From contig OZ241362.1 in the NCBI GenBank assembly GCA_965200315.1, positions 3,872,001-3,936,000 of the forward strand: a DNA stretch of 64,000 nt, written 5' to 3'. Below the pieces are notes generated by a model. It made no database searches. It was not told the origin of the DNA and saw nothing but the letters and a program-made list of their open reading frames with translations. Below are positions 48,853 through 58,072 of the stretch, one piece after another. Position numbers and translations under genes: made by a program. Position 1 is the first letter of the stretch, and each line of letters starts with the position of its first letter. This DNA is from Candidatus Latescibacterota bacterium (lineage in GTDB: Bacteria > Latescibacterota > UBA2968 > UBA8231).

Positions 48853-50847
48853 TCAATAAGCCAAGCCAACGGGCAGGAACGCCCGCCCGCGTTGGGCCTC
48901 GGTCACCAGCGCCAGCTCCAATAAGTACAAGCCCGGCGGCAAAAGTGCGCCCTGCTCGTCGCGGCCATCCCAAAAGGCCCGTTGCGGGCCAGTGCCCTGC
49001 ATGCCGACCTTTAGGTGGGCGCGGCGGTTGCCCGCCAAGTCGTACACATCGAGCACCACCGGCACGGGCGCGGGCAGCAGGAAGAGCGCGTACTCTAGAG
49101 CTAAGCGGTCGTTGACCCCGTCGCCGTTGGGCGTGACCACTCCGCTCGACAAGCGCACGCGCTGGACGATCTCCGAGGCGGTGTCTGCAGCCCCGATCAC
49201 CCGCAGGCTATTGGTGGAGACAGCGGCACTGGCATCGCCCGGCTCAATCGGCTGCGGCAGGCGGTTCTCGTCCTCGGTCAACACCTCGCCGGTAAAGGTC
49301 GTCGCACGCGCAAAGACCTCTGAGGCAAAGACCACCCGCAGCGGATCGTTGGACTCGGCAGTCACTTTGCGCGGCAGGAGTACCTCCAAGCTCGCGTCGC
49401 CTTCGACCACGGCCAGCGGCTCAACGGCCGCGAGCGGATCGCCCATTTCCAAGCGCACGAACTCGGGCGCAATGCCCGTCTGGAGCCGCACCCGGTCAAA
49501 GCCCCCCTCGGCGGTGCTGGCAAACGAGGCGCGCACATCGTACACAAACGTCTCCCGCGCCCCCAACTCGACTTGAACAAAACCCGGAGCAGGCTGCATG
49601 TCGCCTGCGTGCGCGACTTCGCCCACGATCTGCGCGGCTAGCGGCGGCGAGGTTTCAATCCACAGCGAATCGAGCTCCACCCAATCGTCAAAAGCCCGGC
49701 TTTGCAGAGTGATTTGGATCTGTAAATGCGAGCCGTTGCGCAAGTCGAGCCAAGTGCCGGATTCTGTGATGGGACTGGACCAAAAAGACCAATTATCGCT
49801 GTCGTAGCCAATGGACGCGCGGATGCCGGGCTGGCGGTCAATTTGCAAAATCCCTTCGGTCTCGGGCAGGCGCAATTCGCCTTCGTAGCGCTCTCGCGTC
49901 ACCACAAACTCCCGGCCAGAGTCCGTGTACTCGTGGTATATGTTGGGGTCGCCGTCGCGGCCGGCCCGCACCTCCACCTCCACCCACGCCTCGGCATCTG
50001 ACACGACCACGGCCTCTTCGCCGACCATCCGCATGGTGTGCGCTGCCCACGCCAACCGGCCAAAGTTCGCTTTGTCCCCCAAGTCGAGGATTTTGCTGCG
50101 GTAGATAGCGCGTTTGGGTACGCCGCGGCCGGTGAGCACAAATTCGGCAATGGTGCCGCGCACCGTATTGCTGTCAGTAGTGCGCTGCTCGTCGAGCACG
50201 GATGCTTTGCGCTGGTAGCGCACAAAGCGCACGTATTGCTGGGGGAAATCGAGCTCGACCTCCGGTTCAAAGTTGACCGGCACGTCGGCGATGAGGGTGT
50301 TCAAGCGGTGATAGCCCCTTTGGGCGAAGATGTCGCCCGCCTCGGCGGCAATGCTCACCTCAAAGGCCGGCACCGGGTCTTGGTTGAGCGGCACACCGTC
50401 GGAGCGGACCCCCTCGGTCGGCGTGACAAACCCAAAGCGCCTAGCCGGCACGGGCACGCCGATGTCGATGGTCCACCAGCCGTCCCGGGCGGTGTTGTAG
50501 GTGCTTCGCAGCCCATCCACGTAGAGCGGGCTGTCGTAGTAGGAAGTTTGGTTGACATTGGTCCCGTCGGTGTACCACAGCCGCGGCTGATGCCCGTCGA
50601 TATACCCTAGCTCGCGCGGGACGATCAGCTCGGACCAACCCGCTACCGACAGGAACATGTTGTCGTCGTCGGCAAAATACACGGGCCGGATGCGCTCGGC
50701 GTTGATGTCCATGATGATCCGCGTGGTGTCGCTTCCATCCCACGCCAGCCCGGCCCCGCCGATTTGCCACAGCGCTATTTGCGCTTCCGCCGAGGAGCAC
50801 AGCGCAAGCGCGAGCAGTGCGATTCTGTACATCGATGCGCGTACCAT
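48853..50847 (-). CDS. Secreted protein with C-terminal FlgD-Ig/CTD-like domain (paralog)
   Basis: Signal peptide; ILDLGDKANFG, WSFWS, TPNGDGVND...YDLAG...WDGRD...PPGLY...LAY. Confidence 0.8.
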   Translation of the reverse strand: MVRASMYRIALLALALCSSAEAQIALWQIGGAGLAWDGSDTTRIIMDINAERIRPVYFADDDNMFLSVAGWSELIVPRELGYIDGHQPRLWYTDGTNVNQTSYYDSPLYVDGLRSTYNTARDGWWTIDIGVPVPARRFGFVTPTEGVRSDGVPLNQDPVPAFEVSIAAEAGDIFAQRGYHRLNTLIADVPVNFEPEVELDFPQQYVRFVRYQRKASVLDEQRTTDSNTVRGTIAEFVLTGRGVPKRAIYRSKILDLGDKANFGRLAWAAHTMRMVGEEAVVVSDAEAWVEVEVRAGRDGDPNIYHEYTDSGREFVVTRERYEGELRLPETEGILQIDRQPGIRASIGYDSDNWSFWSSPITESGTWLDLRNGSHLQIQITLQSRAFDDWVELDSLWIETSPPLAAQIVGEVAHAGDMQPAPGFVQVELGARETFVYDVRASFASTAEGGFDRVRLQTGIAPEFVRLEMGDPLAAVEPLAVVEGDASLEVLLPRKVTAESNDPLRVVFASEVFARATTFTGEVLTEDENRLPQPIEPGDASAAVSTNSLRVIGAADTASEIVQRVRLSSGVVTPNGDGVNDRLALEYALFLLPAPVPVVLDVYDLAGNRRAHLKVGMQGTGPQRAFWDGRDEQGALLPPGLYLLELALVTEAQRGRAFLPVGLAY

Positions 50848-50969
50848 CGCGCCCTCCTGTTAAACGGCTTTCAATATAATGCAATGCACAACGGCAAGCT
50901 ATTGACGCGAGCGCGTCCTGCTCCCTTTATATGCCAACCTATCCAACCCCAAACAAGGAGCTTTTCAAC

Positions 50970-51695
50970 ATGGGCAAATCAGGGTACGACGATACCCCTA
51001 TGCTACCCAACTCTCCCTATTGCGTCCACGATCACCGGCGGCCCGCCCCAGCGGTCGTAACGCCCGGCCGCGACAACAGCCCCCCCTCCGACGCGGTCGT
51101 CCTCTTCGACGGCACCAGCCTCGACGGCTGGCAGAGCACCACCGGCGGCGACGCCCCTTGGCAAGTGGCCGACGGCTACATGGAGGTCGCGCCTCGTTCC
51201 GGCGACATCGTCAGCACAGCGCACTTTGGCGACGCCCAGTACCATCTCGAATTTGCCTGCCCCAGCGAGGTCAAAGGCGAGAGCCAAGGGCGCGGCAACA
51301 GCGGCGTTTTTCTCATGAGCCTGTACGAGATTCAAGTCCTCGACGGGTACGACAACCCCACTTATGCCGACGGCACCACGGCCGCGGTCTATGGCGAGTA
51401 CCCGCCGCTGGTCAACGCCTGTCGCCCGCCCGGCGAATGGCAGACCTACGACATCTTCTGGACGGCCCCGCGCTTCGACGCTGCCGAGTTGGTCAGCCCA
51501 GCTTATCTCACCCTCATCCACAACGGCGTCTTGGTCCACCACCACGTCGAGGTCTTAGGCCCCACAGGCCACCGCGGCGTCTATCGCTACGAGGCGCATC
51601 CCCCCACCGGCCCACTCCGCTTGCAAGACCACGGCGACTTAGTGCGCTATCGCAATATCTGGGCGCGGCCCGTAAGGGGATACGACGAAGGCTGA
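50970..51695 (+). CDS. DUF1080 / 3-keto-disaccharide hydrolase family protein
   Basis: PPSDAVVLFDG, QGRGNSGVF, YEIQVLD, GEWQTYDI, LQDHG..VRYRNIW. Confidence 0.9.
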   Translation: MGKSGYDDTPMLPNSPYCVHDHRRPAPAVVTPGRDNSPPSDAVVLFDGTSLDGWQSTTGGDAPWQVADGYMEVAPRSGDIVSTAHFGDAQYHLEFACPSEVKGESQGRGNSGVFLMSLYEIQVLDGYDNPTYADGTTAAVYGEYPPLVNACRPPGEWQTYDIFWTAPRFDAAELVSPAYLTLIHNGVLVHHHVEVLGPTGHRGVYRYEAHPPTGPLRLQDHGDLVRYRNIWARPVRGYDEG

Positions 51696-51701
51696 GAGAG
51701 T

Positions 51702-53663
51702 CTATACCCAGTAAATGGAATTGCCGGTCATGCCCGTAAAGTAGTCGATAACCAGCCACATTCCGGCCACGGAAAACTGGCCCAGAATCAATCCCAAAAA
51801 GAAAGGACAAGCCAGCCGAAAATAGGCCGGGCCTCCGTACTTGAGAATGATGGCTTTGATGAGCCAAGCCAAAAAGACACTAAAAGAAATGTAGTTGGTC
51901 AGGTAGGTACTGGCGCTGACAACATACCCGAGCGGGTGCAGGGGCCACCAGAACAGGTGGTGACGTGCGATCATCAGCAGAGCCATGACCCCACCGCCGA
52001 CCAAGGTCGAGATCCAGCCCACCAGATCGGGGCCATCGAGCGTATGGAGTTCGCGCGCTACAAATTTGAAGGGCACTTGAGGGCCGCTGATAAAAAACCA
52101 AGGCTCTAGATTAACCCCTCCGTAGGCATAGCTCAGATAGAGTACGACCCAGATCGAAGCCCCCAAGCTAATACAGATGGCCAGTATGATGGCGGCAAAA
52201 AGTCCCCGTTTGCTCCCGCTCAAATACTCTTCGGCCAATTTGAGGCCATTGGCACAAGACGCTAGGACAAAGGTGCGGATGTCAGCAGCCCAAACATACG
52301 TGAAACTCAGCGCGGTGAGGGTCTGGCCGCCGAGCACTGCTGAGCCCAGACCCGAAGTGACAAAATCCGCGGCGATCAGCGGTGCTCGGGTGGCGGCAAT
52401 ACCGCCTTCGGCCACAACCCGAGTAATGCCGACAAACAGCGTGAACATGGCGAATAAATAGATGGGCACCACCCACCACGCCAGCCCCGCCAGTGCCAAC
52501 CAGACCCCGATAAAGAGGCTGGTGGCCATAAGGCCGAACACAGCGGTCCGGTAGGAGAGAACCTCGTCCGAATCATCGACATCCGAGAGCCCCCTAAACG
52601 CCTTGCGGAAAACCCTCACCAGATGCCTACGGGCCATCCACAGACTGAAAAACACCAGCACGATCATGGCACCCATGCCCTGGTGGGCGAAGATGGGAAA
52701 GGTGGCGAAATTGAGCTTTTCTGTGCTCGCCACCCCCAGAATGCCAAGGGTGCCTTCCTGGACGCGGCCGACTAGGTTAAAAAACCAGACGCTAAAAGCG
52801 ATATCGAGATTGACCAGAAAGGCAAAACCCACCATGGGGAAGCTCAGGGCTATCTGCAGGTTGGTGGTATTGCGGAAAAGCGGGATGCTGGTGACCAGAA
52901 CGATATCCGGGACAAAGTCATAGTAGTTGTGCAGGGCGCGGATGGAGCCGATGACGAAGGGAATTGCAAAGCCTGCCCACATAATCGGATTCTTAAAAAA
53001 GGGACTAAGTCTATCCGTTGGCTTGCCCTCGGCAATCATGGCGATGGGCACCTGAATGAGCGGAAAATTCAGGCGTTCGTCTTGGATCCAAGGGCGCCGC
53101 AAGATGACCGCAATGCAAATCATGGCCACGTACACGCACAGAATGAGAGGTATCCAAGCCAACAGGGGCACTAACCAAGCAGACCACGGTATGGGCATCC
53201 CCTGAGGTAGCCCCTCGTAGAAATACCGGGCTGCATCGTAGTCTTGCGGTACGAGCCAAGGGCGAACAAAAGGATGAATCAGCTCGGCCCACTCGTTTTC
53301 TGGAGTGGCATAGTAGAGCACACCGCTAATGATGGGCAGGAGATATTCGGTGAGCCCCATACTGGGGATGGCGCAGCCCACGATGGCCATGATATAGACG
53401 ACCACCAATTCCTCGCGTCGCAGGCTCAAGCCGGGATGCAGGGCCTTGAGCCCGGTTTGAATAAAAAACACAAAGAGAAAAAACAAAAAAATAGCGCCGG
53501 CCGTACTGAAATCGAGGGCAAAGTTCGAGCCGCGCAGGATCATATTGCTGTAGGGCGCTATGGTGCTGATACCCAAGGTCATCAAAGACCCCACCAGCAG
53601 GGAGCGCACCGTAACACCCGCTGCGGAAGCCGCGCCCTGATTTTTCTTTTTTATACCTTGCAT
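51702..53663 (-). CDS. DUF6785/DUF6784-type polytopic membrane protein (paralog of 5994-7946)
   Basis: YYATPENEW, ERLNFPL, RVVAEGG, ASCANGLKL, WWPLHPLGY, PFFLGLILG. Confidence 0.75.
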   Translation of the reverse strand: MQGIKKKNQGAASAAGVTVRSLLVGSLMTLGISTIAPYSNMILRGSNFALDFSTAGAIFLFFLFVFFIQTGLKALHPGLSLRREELVVVYIMAIVGCAIPSMGLTEYLLPIISGVLYYATPENEWAELIHPFVRPWLVPQDYDAARYFYEGLPQGMPIPWSAWLVPLLAWIPLILCVYVAMICIAVILRRPWIQDERLNFPLIQVPIAMIAEGKPTDRLSPFFKNPIMWAGFAIPFVIGSIRALHNYYDFVPDIVLVTSIPLFRNTTNLQIALSFPMVGFAFLVNLDIAFSVWFFNLVGRVQEGTLGILGVASTEKLNFATFPIFAHQGMGAMIVLVFFSLWMARRHLVRVFRKAFRGLSDVDDSDEVLSYRTAVFGLMATSLFIGVWLALAGLAWWVVPIYLFAMFTLFVGITRVVAEGGIAATRAPLIAADFVTSGLGSAVLGGQTLTALSFTYVWAADIRTFVLASCANGLKLAEEYLSGSKRGLFAAIILAICISLGASIWVVLYLSYAYGGVNLEPWFFISGPQVPFKFVARELHTLDGPDLVGWISTLVGGGVMALLMIARHHLFWWPLHPLGYVVSASTYLTNYISFSVFLAWLIKAIILKYGGPAYFRLACPFFLGLILGQFSVAGMWLVIDYFTGMTGNSIYWV

Positions 53664-53806
53664 CCGATAACTCTGATACTTGCGCCAAGGATGGAGCGGA
53701 GGCGCAATCTACGCAAAAGATGAAAACCTCTTGTGCTCTCAGGCCATATATACTATAAAATCGTTTCCTGCTTTTGCCAGTAAGCCCATTGACGGAAGGA
53801 AGTGCA

Positions 53807-55879
53807 ATGACTGTCTCTGCTGACCTCAAAGCTATTTTTACGAAAGCCGAGGAGATCTACGCTAGCGCCGCCAAGACGACGGATCTATGGATGGGTCGGC
53901 AGGACGAGGGCATTCGCCTGTTTCGCGGCCAAGTGGTCGAGAACGACGCGCCCGGCTCGGGCCGTTCAGACCAAGAAGGCATCGAGCCTTTTGTCGAACT
54001 GCACGGCCAGACGGTGTTCCGCAAAAACCTGCATTTGGACAATCCGGCTGTATTGGGAACCCAATTGGCGTTTATCGCCAAGGAATGCCAAGACAACCAG
54101 GCCACCCTCCAGTTTACAATAAACGGGCACCCGGTCCTGCGCTCCCCCTCGCGTCAAGCCGCACCCCGTGCCAACCAGTATTGGGAATTGATGGTCGGGG
54201 GATGGAGTTGGAGCCGCTGGTACTACGTGGATATTCCTCTGGAGACGCTACAGCTAGGCGACAACGCGATTGAAGTGGCCGCCGAAGATGGCTTGGCAGG
54301 CTGGCAGCTAATGGTGGCGGACTATCGCGATTTTTACAAAGGCATGGACGATCCTGTAACGCTTCCCTACGCCAGCCTCTATAGTACCGATGGCGGCCAA
54401 ACTTGGGAAGCAGAACGCGGGGAATACGTGTTGCGCCTAGTCCTCGACCGCTTTCGCAGCAACGGCGAGTTGGTCTCTAAGGTGATCGACGCAGCAGGCG
54501 AGTCGGACGACGCGGTTAAAAACAAGCGCAGCCTACAGCACATAACCCTAGACTGGGAAGCGGATATCCCCGAGGGCACCCGGCTCGATTGGGCTTTGCG
54601 AACCGGCTCTCGTCCCGTCTGGGATGCAGACCATTGGAGCACCTGGCAGGGCTATGACGGACAACCGGCAGCAGTCAGAGGCCGTTATATCCAGTGGAAA
54701 GTCAATTTTTCAACCGCGGACGGGTTGCAATCCCCTGTGCTCAAAAGCGTCCAAGTCAACGCCGACTTCGAGCAAGGAGAGCGGTTTGCAGGCCGCTTAG
54801 TCAGAGCTAAGAACGCCCAAATTCTACGGCCATCTATTCCCATGCCCTATGAAGACTATCGAGCCCAGATACTGCGGGATTTGCGCGAGCAATGCGAACT
54901 GGAAGCGGTGGTGGCTGGGGCACAGACCGAATTCGATACAATCGCACGGCTGCACCGCTGGGCGTATCACATCCCCCTGAGCGACTGCCGCCATTTTCCG
55001 TGGGATCCGCTCGCTTGGGTTCGCCTTGAACGGGACGAGAACGGCACCATTCGGATGAACCAGTACAAACAGCGGCGGCGCGACCACATGTGCCTTTATC
55101 CTAATGTGGTACTGGTAGCGGCCTGTCTGAGCATGGGCATTCCCGCCCGCCACCTCAATTTCCACAGCGAAGGAATGACCGGCCATGAAATCGCCGAGGT
55201 CTGGTCCAATGACTACGGCAAGTGGATGCACCTAGACGCTACCCGCGATTATTACTGGTACAATCCCAAGACTCTGGTGCCGCTAGACACCCAAGAAATC
55301 CACCAAGTGCTGGCCGAGCGGCTAGCGCGTCCCGAACGCTGGGATCGCCCTTATCTTTTTCATCAAGACTTGGAGGCGGTGGTAAAAAACCTGCCCATCT
55401 CCTTCTACGATGGAGACTACGAGCATTCCACCGAGGAGGGTTCACTCTTTTTGTTCCGCTCATTTTGCCACTTCCGCATCGTGCCGCGCTTCGACGTGTT
55501 CAGCCGGTCCCGCCCCCTGCCGGTGAGCCAAGGTACCGAAGTGTGGTCGTGGAACGGCTACCTCAACTGGGCCGACGACCAAGTCCCGCCACTACCCCAC
55601 TTTACCCAGCACACAAACCGGCGGGCGGATTTCTATCCGACGCTCAATCAAACGAAATATGTCGCCGAGGCCGTTGACGAACGCCAGCTACGCATTTATC
55701 TGGAGACGGAAACTCCCAGTTTTGCGACCTTCCAAGTGCGGACCGATGGACAGCCATGGCAGGAGTGTCCGGCCCAGATCAACTGGCCGCTACACGAAGG
55801 ACTGAACGTGCTAGAAATGCGCGCCTTGAATAGCATGGGCGTGCCGGGCGTAGTCAGCGCATTGAACGTCGAAATGTGA
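53807..55879 (+). CDS. Transglutaminase-like domain protein
   Basis: Cys-His-Asp pattern: HMC...SMGIPAR...GHEIAEVWSNDYGKWMHLDAT. Confidence 0.8.
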   Translation: MTVSADLKAIFTKAEEIYASAAKTTDLWMGRQDEGIRLFRGQVVENDAPGSGRSDQEGIEPFVELHGQTVFRKNLHLDNPAVLGTQLAFIAKECQDNQATLQFTINGHPVLRSPSRQAAPRANQYWELMVGGWSWSRWYYVDIPLETLQLGDNAIEVAAEDGLAGWQLMVADYRDFYKGMDDPVTLPYASLYSTDGGQTWEAERGEYVLRLVLDRFRSNGELVSKVIDAAGESDDAVKNKRSLQHITLDWEADIPEGTRLDWALRTGSRPVWDADHWSTWQGYDGQPAAVRGRYIQWKVNFSTADGLQSPVLKSVQVNADFEQGERFAGRLVRAKNAQILRPSIPMPYEDYRAQILRDLREQCELEAVVAGAQTEFDTIARLHRWAYHIPLSDCRHFPWDPLAWVRLERDENGTIRMNQYKQRRRDHMCLYPNVVLVAACLSMGIPARHLNFHSEGMTGHEIAEVWSNDYGKWMHLDATRDYYWYNPKTLVPLDTQEIHQVLAERLARPERWDRPYLFHQDLEAVVKNLPISFYDGDYEHSTEEGSLFLFRSFCHFRIVPRFDVFSRSRPLPVSQGTEVWSWNGYLNWADDQVPPLPHFTQHTNRRADFYPTLNQTKYVAEAVDERQLRIYLETETPSFATFQVRTDGQPWQECPAQINWPLHEGLNVLEMRALNSMGVPGVVSALNVEM

Positions 55880-55959
55880 AATCCGCGAGCGGTCTCCGAG
55901 TGTTCTTGCTCGAGTTCTTCAGTCCAAGGAGGATAAGCACAAATGACCGCAGAAAATTA

Positions 55960-55988
55960 TTGATAAAGAGAAAAAATCAACTTATCAT
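55960..55988 (+). promoter_or_regulatory. Putative sigma-70 promoter
   Basis: TTGATA-N17-TATCAT in an AT-rich gap. Confidence 0.5.
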
Positions 55989-56099
55989 AAACAACCCAAC
56001 CAACCGAAATCAATCCAGCTTTAGGAAAGGAGGCTTAAGGCATTGAATTTCGCTTTCTTTTTAACAAAAAATCACGCTTGACTAAACAAAGGAGAAGCA

Positions 56100-58004
56100 A
56101 TGCGATTCTTGAAAAGTATTATTGTCGGAGCGGCATCCCTGCTGCTTACGGCAGGAACGGCCAGTGCCCAGTTCGTCCATGCTGGTAACCCCGATGTCAC
56201 TAGCCTCGCCGATATGACCAGTGGCGGCAGTCCTACGGTTCTAGAGATCGAAGGCTTGTCGGATATATCCAGCTACGCTTTTGATGGTTCAGATCTAGAA
56301 ATCCCTTTTACCCTTTCAGGTAGCGGTGCCAAGGTCTGGCTGATCATCTACCATGCCGACGCGCATTCTCCTCTGACCATTACCGGCGAAGGGCCGGCAC
56401 CCTATAACGATCCCGAGCATCCCGATCCGGGCTGGCACGTGTACGAAGGGGTCAATCCCTTGGTGTTCAAGTCCAACGGCGAGCGCTTTGAAGAAGGCGA
56501 CAACGCCATCGTTTGGAACGGCCACGACAATGACGGCAATGTGGTGTCCGCAGGAAGCTACAAGCTATTCCTAGCCGCCTTTGACGACGAAGCCTCTCCT
56601 CATCTGGTGGCCGGTGCCGTCTTCCGCAAACTGGGGACTCCGGGTCGCTTCATCATCGACACGGCCAACAACCGCGTCTTCGACCATACTCGCAACAACA
56701 ATATGAACAACGACTGGATCGAGAACTTCGAGGGATTCGATATGATCGACCAAACCGCCATCATTGATGCGGGAGGTGGCGTACCACTATCCGGTGTGCC
56801 GCTCAACAGCGATATGACTGAGTTCATCGGTATCGGCCAGTCCAACCGCCTCATGCGCTGGACCGTGGACTGGGATTCCAATCGCCTAGCCCCGGAGGAG
56901 GACTGGGGCATTGACAACGGCGCCGAGGACGGCATCATCAACATTGAGGAACTGCCCGGCAGCCCAGGACAACGCACCCTCATCACCAATCCCGACAAGA
57001 CCGTCGCCTATGTCACCGCCGGCGTGACCGGCACGGTGGCTCAGATCGTCTCCTACGACGTCGAGACCGGTGCCAAGCTAGACACTTGGGACGTGACCGA
57101 CCTGTTTATCTACGATAATGCAGGCTCCGACCGCGTCGGTGGGCCGATGGAAACGGCCGCCTTTTACAATGGCGAGCCCCCTCCCGAAGGCATCACCACT
57201 ACCTCCCACCACACTTCGTGCATCGTGCGCCACAGCTACGCTGGCGATCTGATGTGGATGAACCGCAACGGCGACGGCTTTGGCGATACCCGCGCCTTCA
57301 ATTCGGAAGACGGCACGTTTGGCGACCTGCTCTACGGCCATACCGAAGCACCCAACTTCAAGTACTCGATTTTCGCCAATAAATGGGGCTGGGTCTCGGT
57401 TTGTGAAAACGGCTTAGACAACACCAGTTTTGGTGCCATGCTAGGTGAAGATGGTTCCGGCCTGTTTAAGTTCGAGCCCAAGCAGGCACCGCTGACTTGG
57501 TCGCAGCATGTGGCCGTGGTAGACGAGGGCGACGACTGGGACGGCGTGTACATGATTGTCGGCGGTTTCGGCGATGCCTTGGCTTCCAACGAATGGGTGC
57601 CCGAGGATGTCGGCGTAGTGCCGCCCACCCATCCGGTGGCCCAGTTCCCCTATGATCAGAAACAGGTTCTTTTGGGCTCGGCTAGCAGCACTGCGATCGA
57701 AGAGTTAGCCGGGGCCGCTACGCCCAACACGCCTGCTCTGGGCGATGCGTACCCCAATCCCTTCAATCCCGAGACCACGATTCGCTTCGACCTGCCCTGG
57801 CAAGCGCCGATCCAAATCAAGGTCTACAACCAGGCCGGCCAGTTGGTGCGCGTGTTGGCCGATCAGGCTATGGGGCCGGGTCAATTTTCTGTCACGTGGG
57901 ACGGCAGGGATGACAGTGGTGCAGAAGTATCCACTGGAGTGTACCTCTACCGGATTGAAGCACCCAATCTACAGTTGAGTAAAAAGGTCACATTCCTCAA
58001 ATAA
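56100..58004 (+). CDS. Secreted protein with N-terminal FlgD-like domain and C-terminal T9SS-type-A-like/FlgD domain
   Basis: AAAGGAG RBS; signal peptide; WNGHDNDGNVVSAGSY; YPNPFNPETTIRF...WDGRDDSG..VSTGVYLY...KKVTFLK. Confidence 0.85.
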   Translation: MRFLKSIIVGAASLLLTAGTASAQFVHAGNPDVTSLADMTSGGSPTVLEIEGLSDISSYAFDGSDLEIPFTLSGSGAKVWLIIYHADAHSPLTITGEGPAPYNDPEHPDPGWHVYEGVNPLVFKSNGERFEEGDNAIVWNGHDNDGNVVSAGSYKLFLAAFDDEASPHLVAGAVFRKLGTPGRFIIDTANNRVFDHTRNNNMNNDWIENFEGFDMIDQTAIIDAGGGVPLSGVPLNSDMTEFIGIGQSNRLMRWTVDWDSNRLAPEEDWGIDNGAEDGIINIEELPGSPGQRTLITNPDKTVAYVTAGVTGTVAQIVSYDVETGAKLDTWDVTDLFIYDNAGSDRVGGPMETAAFYNGEPPPEGITTTSHHTSCIVRHSYAGDLMWMNRNGDGFGDTRAFNSEDGTFGDLLYGHTEAPNFKYSIFANKWGWVSVCENGLDNTSFGAMLGEDGSGLFKFEPKQAPLTWSQHVAVVDEGDDWDGVYMIVGGFGDALASNEWVPEDVGVVPPTHPVAQFPYDQKQVLLGSASSTAIEELAGAATPNTPALGDAYPNPFNPETTIRFDLPWQAPIQIKVYNQAGQLVRVLADQAMGPGQFSVTWDGRDDSGAEVSTGVYLYRIEAPNLQLSKKVTFLK

Positions 58005-58016
58005 AGTGCCTGACTT

Positions 58017-58054
58017 AGTAAGTGCTGCCGGCTGGTAGGCCGGTAGCACTTACT
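58017..58054 (+). terminator. Intercistronic hairpin (terminator or mRNA stabiliser)
   Basis: AGTAAGTGCTGCCGGC-loop-GCCGGTAGCACTTACT, 16-bp stem with one G-U pair. Confidence 0.65.
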
Positions 58055-58072
58055 TTATGCAGGTAAACAACG

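Noticed and set aside
56022-56081. Orphan SD-like AGGAAAGGAGG with a possible 12-codon TTG leader ORF
   Set aside because: Long spacing, weak start codon and no attenuator structure seen.
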